Shown here: positions 6,020-13,808 of the stretch, one piece after another
How the letters are laid out: every line of letters starts with the position of its first letter
Position numbering within the stretch: the stretch's first letter is position 1
Source: a virus
Taxonomy: Duplodnaviria > Caudoviricetes
DNA: 24,519 bases
Reading direction: 5' to 3' (one strand)
IMG/VR virus record: IMGVR_UViG_3300033486_000008
Location: 1-24,519 of that record
Position numbers and translations under genes: made by a program
Notes under the pieces: model-generated
What the model saw: only the letters and a program-made list of their open reading frames with translations
Database searches by the model: none
Told to the model about the DNA's origin: nothing

Positions 6020-8065
6020 ATGACCGAGAAGATCAACTACGTCAAGTACAAATCCATCCGCGAGAAGGCTGAGAAGCTGTACGCAGATGTCGTCGATGCC
6101 TTCAAAGAGAAGGACGAACAGAGTCAGAACATTGACAACTACTGGGACATATATAACTGCAAATTGAACTCGAAGCAACAGTACGAGGGTGATTCTGCCG
6201 TGTTTGTCCCCGTGGTCCGTGACGCGATCGAAGCGGCCGTAAAACGCCGCGTCTCCATGCTCATGCCGACGACTGGGAAGTGCATTGACATCATATCCGA
6301 GAGCGGTGACATTCCGTACGAAACAATCGCCGTACTTGAGCACTACATTCGAGCGTGCAAACTGAGAACCTTCCTGCCAGGCGTGCTTCGCCGCGGCGAT
6401 GTCGAGGGTCAATGGTCTTTTATGGTCGGCTGGGATAAGTCGGTCAGAAAGACTCGCCGCAAGGTCAAAAAAGAAAATCCGGATAACATCACCGAAGAAA
6501 TCGAGGATATGGAGGATGTCGAGATTGTCACAGCGGGGCCGACTGTAACGGCTATCCCCGCGCAAGATCTCGCCGTTGTACCGGCGACTGCCCCGAGCGT
6601 GCAGGACGCAGACATGGTGATCGTGGCGCTCCGGTACACCAAAGACAAAATGGATTCGCTCGTTGCGGATGGAACGTTCTCGCAATCGGCCGTCGATAAG
6701 ATGGCGAAAGGCGTAGGCGATAAGAAATGGTCGGACAAGGATCGATCCGCCGAGGCTGGCGTTCGGATGAAGGGTTCCCAGAAGTACTACTTCATCTACA
6801 TGGTGTGGATGGACTTCAAGGTCGAAGATGAAAAAGAACCGTGTATCCTCTATTTCGGTGGCCCGCAGATCGTCCTCGGGATAGAGAAAAACCCGTATTG
6901 GTCGGGGAAAGTCCCGATTCTGTCTGAGCCAGTCGATCTTATCCCCGGCTCGTTCTGGGGAAAATCCCGTATCGCGCCGGTCGAGCAGTTGCAGTACCAG
7001 TGCAACGATGCGATCAACATGGGAATGGACAGCGCGAAGTATAGCGTTCTGCCCATTGTGATGACCGACCCCGTAAAGAATCCGAATGTAGGATCGATGA
7101 TCCTGGCCGCAGCTGCGATCTGGGAGACGAGTCCGAACGACACAAAATTCGCGCAATTCCCGGCATTGTGGAAGGATGCGCTCCAACTTGTCGCAGCCAC
7201 AAAATCTCAGATCATGGAGAGCATGGACGTGAACGATGCGATGATGGGGCGCTCACCGTCTGGTCGGAAAAACGCGCAAGCCATCGCCCAGCAGGAGGCC
7301 GCTGCGATGGCGACTATCGCCGATCCGGTCCGCCGTTTCGAAACGGGGATTATGGACGAACTGCTGGAATGGTTCTTTGAGCTCGACCAACAGTTCCGCG
7401 ACGATGACTTGCTGATCCGTACCGAAGGCGATGTCGGTCTGGCCGCCAAAATACAACGTATCCCACCGCAGTCGTTCGAACAGCGGTATTTTTTCAAGTG
7501 GAACGGTGTCGAACAGGCAATGGGAGCGCAGCGCGTCCAGCAAATGATCGGATTCATGAACGTCCTGCGCGGTATGCCGCCTCAAGCAATGAATGGTCGC
7601 ACACTCGACATCACGCCTATCATCGACTACGCCTCGGAAGTTGTGTTCGGCCCGAATATTGCCCCGAGGGTCATCGTCGACAATCGCAATAAAATGTCGA
7701 TCGATCCGGACACCGAGAACGAGATTATGCATAACGGGATGGACATGGCGGTATCTCCGTTGGACGACGACATGCGCCATCTGCAGTCGCATCAGGAGGC
7801 TGCACGACTTACTGGCGACAACGCCGGTCACTTTAGAAAACATATGATGTTGCACGCGGCAGCGGCACAAGCTAAAGCGCAAGCGGCGGCGCCACAACCG
7901 CCGAAAGGATTGCCAGGGGTGCCAGGCGGGGGTAATCAACCCGGAGTAGCGGGCACGCCACGCCCAGGCGCAATTCCCGCCGGCCCGCGCGGCGGCGCGC
8001 AACAGCCGCCCGGTGCGATACCGCAAGACCAAATGCAGGACGCGTCGGCGGGCGGTAGAGGCTAA
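6020..8065 (+). CDS. portal protein
   Basis: 681 aa, after terL and before scaffold/MCP. Podovirus portal-like segments (PGSFWGKSRIAPVEQLQYQCNDAIN; NAQAIAQQEAAA) and a low-complexity P/G/Q C-terminal tail. Confidence 0.88.
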   Translation: MTEKINYVKYKSIREKAEKLYADVVDAFKEKDEQSQNIDNYWDIYNCKLNSKQQYEGDSAVFVPVVRDAIEAAVKRRVSMLMPTTGKCIDIISESGDIPYETIAVLEHYIRACKLRTFLPGVLRRGDVEGQWSFMVGWDKSVRKTRRKVKKENPDNITEEIEDMEDVEIVTAGPTVTAIPAQDLAVVPATAPSVQDADMVIVALRYTKDKMDSLVADGTFSQSAVDKMAKGVGDKKWSDKDRSAEAGVRMKGSQKYYFIYMVWMDFKVEDEKEPCILYFGGPQIVLGIEKNPYWSGKVPILSEPVDLIPGSFWGKSRIAPVEQLQYQCNDAINMGMDSAKYSVLPIVMTDPVKNPNVGSMILAAAAIWETSPNDTKFAQFPALWKDALQLVAATKSQIMESMDVNDAMMGRSPSGRKNAQAIAQQEAAAMATIADPVRRFETGIMDELLEWFFELDQQFRDDDLLIRTEGDVGLAAKIQRIPPQSFEQRYFFKWNGVEQAMGAQRVQQMIGFMNVLRGMPPQAMNGRTLDITPIIDYASEVVFGPNIAPRVIVDNRNKMSIDPDTENEIMHNGMDMAVSPLDDDMRHLQSHQEAARLTGDNAGHFRKHMMLHAAAAQAKAQAAAPQPPKGLPGVPGGGNQPGVAGTPRPGAIPAGPRGGAQQPPGAIPQDQMQDASAGGRG

Positions 8066-8068
8066 CAG

Positions 8069-8097
8069 TTGACTGGCGATAATAGGCGTGATATATA
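8069..8097 (+). promoter_or_regulatory. possible internal promoter for head genes
   Basis: TTGACT (8069-8074), 17 nt, TATATA (8092-8097) preceded by TG; sits in the portal-8123 intergenic gap. Confidence 0.4.
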
Positions 8098-8122
8098 CGC
8101 CACCAATTAGAGGAGACTCATC

Positions 8123-8314
8123 ATGGCACGACTTGGAAGTATGACTGACGATAAGAAATGGCAGGCGAGTTGTGACGCGCGTACATTGCGCGAGGCGGAA
8201 GAGATCAAGGCTAATGCTGCACGCACTCGGGCCGCTAAAGCGCACATCGCAAGCGAAATGAAGAGTATGGCGAAAGTTGTAGCAAAACCAACAGCACGAA
8301 GGGGCGGGAAATGA
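8123..8314 (+). CDS. small helical basic phage protein
   Basis: GAGGAG RBS; 63 aa containing KWQASCDARTLREAEEIKA. Confidence 0.75.
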   Translation: MARLGSMTDDKKWQASCDARTLREAEEIKANAARTRAAKAHIASEMKSMAKVVAKPTARRGGK

Positions 8315-8460
8315 CTCGTAAGAAACCGACGGTAAAGACGGACAAAGAGGTCCACCAGAAGTTGCGCAACGACATCAAAAAGATTCCGGGCATGCCAAAA
8401 GAACCCGTGAAGCGCAGATCTCGCGGCGGTAAAGTTCAGGCCAAACGGCCAATGAAGTAG
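8311..8460 (+). CDS. small Lys/Arg-rich protein (49 aa)
   Basis: Not in ORF track. ATGA overlap; MTRKKPTVKTDKEVHQKLRNDIKKIPGMPKEPVKRRSRGGKVQAKRPMK. Confidence 0.65.
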   Translation: MTRKKPTVKTDKEVHQKLRNDIKKIPGMPKEPVKRRSRGGKVQAKRPMK

Positions 8461-8490
8461 TGTAGTAATGCGGCAGGGATACTTGTAGGT

Positions 8491-8538
8491 TCGACTAAAC
8501 CCCGTAAGGGTTCATTCGGGCGATTCGCGTAACGAATT
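8491..8538 (+). promoter_or_regulatory. paired TCG-N9-CGTAA stem-loops upstream of scaffold gene
   Basis: AACCC-CGTAA-GGGTT (8498-8512) and ATTCG-CGTAA-CGAAT (8523-8537); each has TCG 12 nt before the loop; located directly before AGGAG RBS. Confidence 0.65.
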
Positions 8539-8553
8539 ACAGGAGTAGTGAAA

Positions 8554-9243
8554 ATGGCTGACGAAGAACTGATTGAAGGCGCTGAAGGTGGCGAAGAACT
8601 GATTGAAGGCGCTGAAGGTGGCGAAGAACTGATTGAAGGCGCTGAAGGTGGCGAAGAACTGATTGAAGGCGCTGAAGGTGGCGAAGAGGGGCATCAGGCT
8701 ACTCCCGCATCCCGCGGCCAGGCTCGCATCCAGAAACTGGCAAACGAGCGCGCAGAAGCGTTGGCTGAAGCCCGCGCAGCAAAAGAACAGGCAGATTTTT
8801 ACAAGCGGCAAGCTGAACAACTGCAGCAACAGCACCGCCCGTCACAGCAGGACGACGTGTACCGCGACCCGGACGAAGTGTGGCGGCAACAGACTGAGGC
8901 AAAGCTGAACCAGTCGCTGTTTGCGGCGCAAGATATGCAAGATAAAGCGGCATATGACCGCCAGGCGGCAAGAAACCCGCTGTATTCGAAATACGAGGAC
9001 CGCGTCGAAGAAAAGATCCGCGAAGCCCGTTCGAAAGGTCAGAATCCGACCCGAGAAGGTGTGCTGTTCTACCTGATCGGCGAAGACGCTGCAAAGAATC
9101 AAGGTAAGACGACCCCTGCGGCGAAGCAGGCGCAGCAACGTGTCCAGGCCGCGAAGGCTAAACCCGTCAACGCGGGATCGAATGTAACGTCGCCGCGAGG
9201 CGAGAAGTCGTTGGAAGAACGTTTGTCTGGAATGATTTTGTAG
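8554..9243 (+). CDS. capsid scaffolding protein
   Basis: AGGAG RBS (8541-8545), ATG 8554. Acidic N-terminus, coiled coil (ARIQKLANERAEA...), located immediately before MCP. Confidence 0.85.
   Translation: MADEELIEGAEGGEELIEGAEGGEELIEGAEGGEELIEGAEGGEEGHQATPASRGQARIQKLANERAEALAEARAAKEQADFYKRQAEQLQQQHRPSQQDDVYRDPDEVWRQQTEAKLNQSLFAAQDMQDKAAYDRQAARNPLYSKYEDRVEEKIREARSKGQNPTREGVLFYLIGEDAAKNQGKTTPAAKQAQQRVQAAKAKPVNAGSNVTSPRGEKSLEERLSGMIL
8562..8687 (+). repeat. perfect 30-bp tandem repeat x4 in scaffold gene
   Basis: CGAAGAACTGATTGAAGGCGCTGAAGGTGG x4 plus CGAAGA; encodes (EELIEGAEGG)4. Confidence 0.97.
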
Positions 9244-9358
9244 TATCCGAGTTCGCAGTATCCGTAGCATCCGTAGTGATCGATTCGTCTCCGTAAGAGA
9301 CTGCTCGACTGGCTCTCGTAAAGGCTAAAGGTGTGTAGCACTAATTGTCTGGAATGAT
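9223..9358 (+). repeat. exact 14-bp direct repeat flanking the scaffold-MCP intergenic region
   Basis: TTGTCTGGAATGAT at 9223-9236 and 9345-9358. Confidence 0.9.
9280..9327 (+). promoter_or_regulatory. paired TCG-N9-CGTAA stem-loops upstream of major capsid gene
   Basis: GTCTC-CGTAA-GAGAC (9287-9301) and bulged TGGC(T)CT-CGTAA-AGGCTA (9310-9327); TCG 12 nt before each loop; loops 25 nt apart, as in the scaffold pair. Confidence 0.65.
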
Positions 9359-9398
9359 CCGGACCAAACATATTTTTAACTTTAACGGGAGTCGTATC

Positions 9399-10865
9399 AT
9401 GAAAAAACTTTTCGCAACAATCTTCTCGTTCTTCGAAGAACAACTGTATCGCTTGACGATGCAGTTCATGGAGCGTAGCGGCGGCATTTGCTATGCGACC
9501 AACAACGCCAGCACATTCAGTTCCGATATTCGCAACTATATCGCCGAGAAGGTGCTGCCTCTGGCAAAACGTCAACTGACCGCATACCAGTTCGCCGACA
9601 AGCTGAAACTTCCCGCAAACATGGGCACGACCTACACGGCAACTCGTTACAGTCGTCTGAACCTGCCGTTTGCACCGTTGTCGGAAGGCGTACCGTCTGC
9701 TGGCGAAGCGATGACAATCAGCCAGTCGCAAGGTGTCGCACAGCAATGGGGCGATTCTGTGAGCATCACTGACGTTGCCGAGATCACCATCGCGCATGAC
9801 GTGTTCAAGCAAGGCATGAAGCTGGTCGGTATGCAATTGGCCGAAACGATGGAGCGCAACTCTTACACCGGCACGAACGGTCTGATGGCCGGAAGCAACA
9901 TCAATTACGCCAACGCCAAAGCCAGCCGTGCAGCCCTGTTAGCGACCGATGTACTATCCCCTCACGAAATCAACCGTGCGGTGAACGTCCTCGAACTGTC
10001 CGGTGCGCCGAAATTCGGCGATCCTGAAAAAGAGTCGTATGAAGTCGATGCTCGCCAGAAGAAAGGTACGGTCAATCCCCACTATGTTGCCATTGTGCAT
10101 CCGTCTTCTGCACAAGACATGCGTGAAAACTCCACCGTGTCTACCGCCTGGTCGTACAGCGACATCAATCGCCTGTATACGAACGAATTGGGCGAATGGG
10201 GCGGCGTACGCTTCACCAAATCGAATATGGTTCCGTTCTGGACCGGCGTAGCTTTGGTTAGCGGCACTCCGGCAACCACTGGCGGCGCGTTGGCTGCAGC
10301 GAACTACATCATCCAGGTTACTGCATCCCCCGCGTTGACCTCCATGGAGCAGCGTATCTACCAGCAGTCGGCCCCGATTACGGTCGGCGGCTCCGGCGCA
10401 GGTTCGATCTCGGTGACTCTGCCGACATTGGCTGGCTACGTGTTCAATGTGTACATCTCCGCAGCAGGTAGCTCCAGCGTCGTCAATCTCGGTCTGTGTG
10501 CATCTGGTCCGACTACCGGCCCGCTGGCCGGCCAAGCTACTCAGTTGGCCTCCGGTGCGACCGTTGTGATCACTGGTGTTGGCGCCGCGCAAGTACCGCC
10601 CGCAGCTCCGGCTACCGGCGTTAGCGTGTACCCAACTTTCGTGATCGGCGAGAATGCCTACGGTGCGGTCGAACTGGACAGTGCGAAGTTTGAGTACCTG
10701 AAGGAAGCTGACAAGTCCGATCGTCACAACCAGTTGCGTTTGATCGCGTGGAAGATTTTCTACGGCATGATCATCCTCAACCAAGCATTCATGATGCGTA
10801 TCGAGAGCGGTAGTGCGTTTGCTCCGACATACGACTCTGGTGCTGTTGCCGGTGTGACGTACTAA
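9399..10865 (+). CDS. major capsid protein, N4-gp56-like family
   Basis: GGGAG RBS, ATG 9399. Motifs QFADKLKLPANMGTT, RY, PLSEGVP, QQWGDSVSITD, YVAIVHP, ELGEWGGVRF, DKSDRHNQLRLIAWK and ILNQAFMMRIE are typical of N4-gp56-type coat proteins. Confidence 0.92.
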   Translation: MKKLFATIFSFFEEQLYRLTMQFMERSGGICYATNNASTFSSDIRNYIAEKVLPLAKRQLTAYQFADKLKLPANMGTTYTATRYSRLNLPFAPLSEGVPSAGEAMTISQSQGVAQQWGDSVSITDVAEITIAHDVFKQGMKLVGMQLAETMERNSYTGTNGLMAGSNINYANAKASRAALLATDVLSPHEINRAVNVLELSGAPKFGDPEKESYEVDARQKKGTVNPHYVAIVHPSSAQDMRENSTVSTAWSYSDINRLYTNELGEWGGVRFTKSNMVPFWTGVALVSGTPATTGGALAAANYIIQVTASPALTSMEQRIYQQSAPITVGGSGAGSISVTLPTLAGYVFNVYISAAGSSSVVNLGLCASGPTTGPLAGQATQLASGATVVITGVGAAQVPPAAPATGVSVYPTFVIGENAYGAVELDSAKFEYLKEADKSDRHNQLRLIAWKIFYGMIILNQAFMMRIESGSAFAPTYDSGAVAGVTY

Positions 10866-10893
10866 GAATTAGGGGGCTAGTCCTCCTAATGGT

Positions 10894-10929
10894 GGGGTGG
10901 GTAGTCGTAAGATCACCCACCCTTTTTTT
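10894..10929 (+). terminator. rho-independent terminator after MCP
   Basis: GGGTGGGT-A-GTC-GTAA-GAT-C-ACCCACCC stem with GTAA tetraloop, followed by T7. Confidence 0.85.
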
Positions 10930-10982
10930 ACGAGTCGCCCAATTTTCGGGCGTACTTGAAACCAAAAAGTGAGGTAAGCATC

Positions 10983-11390
10983 ATGAGTGAGCAACAAACG
11001 AAACGCCCTCCCGGCAAGCCCGCTTCCGCGATGACCCCGCCGCCAGGCGCTGTTATCAGCGAGAAGGTGGAGCATGCGCCAGAAGCACGCTCGGATCGTA
11101 TTGAGTCCGCCCCCGTGCCAGTGATCGACGTTAGCAAGTCCGTTCAGGTTTCAAAGCCTGTGAAAGACGAGCCGACTGAAGTAGAACTGACATGGCACAA
11201 GGTGTATATCGACCTCGGGCCGTCTACGGACAAGATCATGATCAACGAGATCGAGTTCCATCACGGTCAAGTTGCAACAGTGCGCAGCGACTTGCTGCCT
11301 GTGCTGAACGAAGTCATGTACAATACGAAAATGCACGAAAAGGTTGTTCGCGGTGAAGTTTCTCCGCTCGGCCGTCGCCTGCAACGTTAA
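10983..11390 (+). CDS. hypothetical protein following MCP
   Basis: GAGGT RBS, ATG 10983; Pro-rich disordered N-terminal half and a compact C-terminal domain. Confidence 0.75.
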   Translation: MSEQQTKRPPGKPASAMTPPPGAVISEKVEHAPEARSDRIESAPVPVIDVSKSVQVSKPVKDEPTEVELTWHKVYIDLGPSTDKIMINEIEFHHGQVATVRSDLLPVLNEVMYNTKMHEKVVRGEVSPLGRRLQR

Positions 11391-11405
11391 CCTGGGGAGC
11401 CTGTA

Positions 11406-11789
11406 ATGAGTGAAAAAGAAAAGAAAGACATCGGCTATGCGTTCCGTATCGGAGCTCAAACCGCCGACGGCATCAGCATCGACATTACCGGGAATTTCCC
11501 AGTTGGCTGCCCAAACGATGTGATCAACACAGAACTGGACAAGTGGATCGAAATCTTCTCCCGCCAACGCGCGAAAACCGTACTGGCCGAAGAACAGAAG
11601 CTGCTGGCGAACGATAAGCGGACGCACGCAACGTTCCTCGACCAGCTGCGCCAAGCTAACGAAACCGCTGGCACAAAGACTGCAGAGAAGCAGCAACTCG
11701 CCAGTCTGAAACAGAACGTCGATCGCTTGGAAGCGACGATCAAAGCGCGCGAGGAAGGCATCGCATCTTTGGAAAAACTGACCGTTTGA
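11406..11789 (+). CDS. coiled-coil hypothetical protein
   Basis: GGGGAG RBS; 127 aa with heptad-rich C-terminal half. Confidence 0.75.
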   Translation: MSEKEKKDIGYAFRIGAQTADGISIDITGNFPVGCPNDVINTELDKWIEIFSRQRAKTVLAEEQKLLANDKRTHATFLDQLRQANETAGTKTAEKQQLASLKQNVDRLEATIKAREEGIASLEKLTV

Positions 11790-11809
11790 ATTAACCGGAG
11801 CAATAACGA

Positions 11810-12469
11810 ATGCTAACCGCTGCCCAACTCGTAACCGTAGCGTGCCAGATTGCAAAATGCCCTGGCTACACTCAAATTGCCGGGCAGCGGCTGAATGAAA
11901 TTCTGGTCGATCTGGCACTCGACCAGAATCTTGACAGTATCCGCCGCACTATCACCCTGAACGTTCAGCCGAATCAGCAGGCATACCAACTGCCCGTCAA
12001 TTTCTTGCGCGCTCGCGAGTGCTTCTACAACGTGAACGGCGCAGTTTTCATTGTGACTGAGTACGCACTTGAGGACTTTGACGCGCTTTTTACCGGGCCG
12101 AACAATTCCGCCTATCCCGAAATCTTCACGGTGGACGCATCCACCAATATCTTGCAGTTCTACCCGCTACCACTTGTCCCGTTGAGCGTGACTTTCCGCT
12201 ATATGGACAATACGGTTGAACTCCCGACCCCGGATACGAACAATGGCGTGCCGTGGTTCCCGCAGCAGGCGTATCTCATTGAGAAGCTGGCAGCGAAAAT
12301 GATGCAGGTAACTGACGATGTCCGCGCAGACTCCTTTGACGCTCGCGCGGACGAGATCTTGCGTCGTTACCTGAAATTGAACAATGGAAATGTACTGAAG
12401 ACCGTGCAGTTGGATCCACGGCGGTTCAACAATCCCCGCGATTTGAAGGCAACAAAATTGTACCCATAA
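11810..12469 (+). CDS. head-tail adaptor / tail tubular protein A-like
   Basis: GGAG RBS; helical N-terminus followed by NQQAYQLPVNFLR and FYPLP motifs; typical size and position. Confidence 0.7.
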   Translation: MLTAAQLVTVACQIAKCPGYTQIAGQRLNEILVDLALDQNLDSIRRTITLNVQPNQQAYQLPVNFLRARECFYNVNGAVFIVTEYALEDFDALFTGPNNSAYPEIFTVDASTNILQFYPLPLVPLSVTFRYMDNTVELPTPDTNNGVPWFPQQAYLIEKLAAKMMQVTDDVRADSFDARADEILRRYLKLNNGNVLKTVQLDPRRFNNPRDLKATKLYP

Positions 12470-12470
12470 T

Positions 12471-13256
12471 ATGACTAAGCCGCTCATCATTGCCGATGGT
12501 GTACTACCAGAAGCGCGCGCGTTTCACGATGCGCGCGAGGCGCTAGTCGATTGGCCCGAGATCGTGCTGTTCTCCCACGTGGCGAACTTCGTTGGCGAGG
12601 AAGTGCCGGCCGACGCGGTGATCTACAATCTCGAACCGCTGTACGAGGGTTGTCAGAGTTTTTCACTTGGATATCGCGACCTTCTCCGGCGGCATCCCGT
12701 GCTTGACTACCAGGCGCGCAATGTCGAGTATCTGCGATCGCTCGGTATCGAAGCGGTGCACATGCCGTACGGCTATCATCCGTCGATGTGGCGGCCTGCA
12801 CATGCGGTCAAGGATATTGACGTACTGTTCTTCGGGAGCCTCCTCAGTGACCGCAGGAAACGGATACTGGATGAACTCGCTGTAGCAGGGGTCAAAGTCA
12901 CCGCGGCAACCGACTGTTACGGCGCAGATCTCGACAAAATGGTCGCCCGTTCGAAAATCGTGCTGAACATCCATCGGATGGATCATTTGCCGCTCGAAGT
13001 AGTCCGCCTGAACTACCTTCTTGCCAATGGCGCGTTCGTCATATCTGAGCGAGGGTGGGATGAGTCGGATAACGTCACGTATTCGCCCGGCCTAGTGTAT
13101 GCGGCACCCGACGACGTAGTTCCAGCGTGCCGATATTTTTTGAAGAATACTGACATTTGTGACGGTATTGCAGCCAAAGGGCAACATATAATCCGAAACA
13201 TGCCGCAAAGCCGTTTCATCAAACAAGCGCGCGCCGCGCTGGGGGTGTACGCATGA
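12471..13256 (+). CDS. glycosyltransferase (GT-B fold, C-terminal nucleotide-sugar-binding domain)
   Basis: DIDVLFFGS, RRKRIL, ARSKIVLNIH, EVVRLNYLLANGAFVISE. Confidence 0.8.
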   Translation: MTKPLIIADGVLPEARAFHDAREALVDWPEIVLFSHVANFVGEEVPADAVIYNLEPLYEGCQSFSLGYRDLLRRHPVLDYQARNVEYLRSLGIEAVHMPYGYHPSMWRPAHAVKDIDVLFFGSLLSDRRKRILDELAVAGVKVTAATDCYGADLDKMVARSKIVLNIHRMDHLPLEVVRLNYLLANGAFVISERGWDESDNVTYSPGLVYAAPDDVVPACRYFLKNTDICDGIAAKGQHIIRNMPQSRFIKQARAALGVYA

Positions 13257-13807
13257 AGAACATGCTCAAAATCGCATCGGGCTTGGATGTTATGCCGCTG
13301 GTATTGGCTATCCAGCGCAATCCGCATTTGTGGAATCGGAATACCCAACGGACTGAGCATCCGTCATCCCCACATCATGGTTTGTCCGACATCTGGGTTC
13401 GATATTCGGATGGTGATCTCGACCCGAAAGTTCCGCACGATTCAGTCTGGTATCCGGCATACCGTGATCTCCCACAAGTGCGTGAGCTGGTCTTCAATCT
13501 GATGCGCTACGTCGAAGGAGAGCGCCTCGGCGGGGTACTCATTTCCAAAATACCGCCCGGCGCCACGTGTAAACCACACGTCGATATTGGTGGCTGGCAC
13601 GCAGAGTATTACGACAAGTACGCGATCCAACTGCAGGGGAATGCCAAGCAGGCGTTTCATTTTGAGGGCGAGTCGTTTTCCGCAATGCCTGGCGATGTGT
13701 ACTGGTTTGATAACCACCAGAAACATTGGGTAACGAATGACAGTGACGAAGACCGGATGACCATGATTGTCTGTATCCGGTCCGCACGATTCAGAGAGGG
13801 GATTTAA
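13253..13807 (+). CDS. aspartyl/asparaginyl beta-hydroxylase-family 2OG-Fe(II) dioxygenase
   Basis: ATGA overlap with the GT gene; HxD (PHVD), distal H (WFDNHQKHWVTN), 2OG-binding R (DRMTMIV). Confidence 0.85.
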   Translation: MKNMLKIASGLDVMPLVLAIQRNPHLWNRNTQRTEHPSSPHHGLSDIWVRYSDGDLDPKVPHDSVWYPAYRDLPQVRELVFNLMRYVEGERLGGVLISKIPPGATCKPHVDIGGWHAEYYDKYAIQLQGNAKQAFHFEGESFSAMPGDVYWFDNHQKHWVTNDSDEDRMTMIVCIRSARFREGI

Positions 13808-13808
13808 A

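Noticed and set aside
5969-8245. Long minus-strand ORFs (5969-7186, 7253-8245; likewise 19512-20690, 21911-22885 and others)
   Set aside because: Antisense shadows of well-supported + strand genes, with no recognisable motifs
8461-8512. tRNA suggested by GGTTCGACT (T-loop-like)
   Set aside because: The flanks do not form a T-stem (GTAGG versus AAACC) and no cloverleaf or acceptor stem is present
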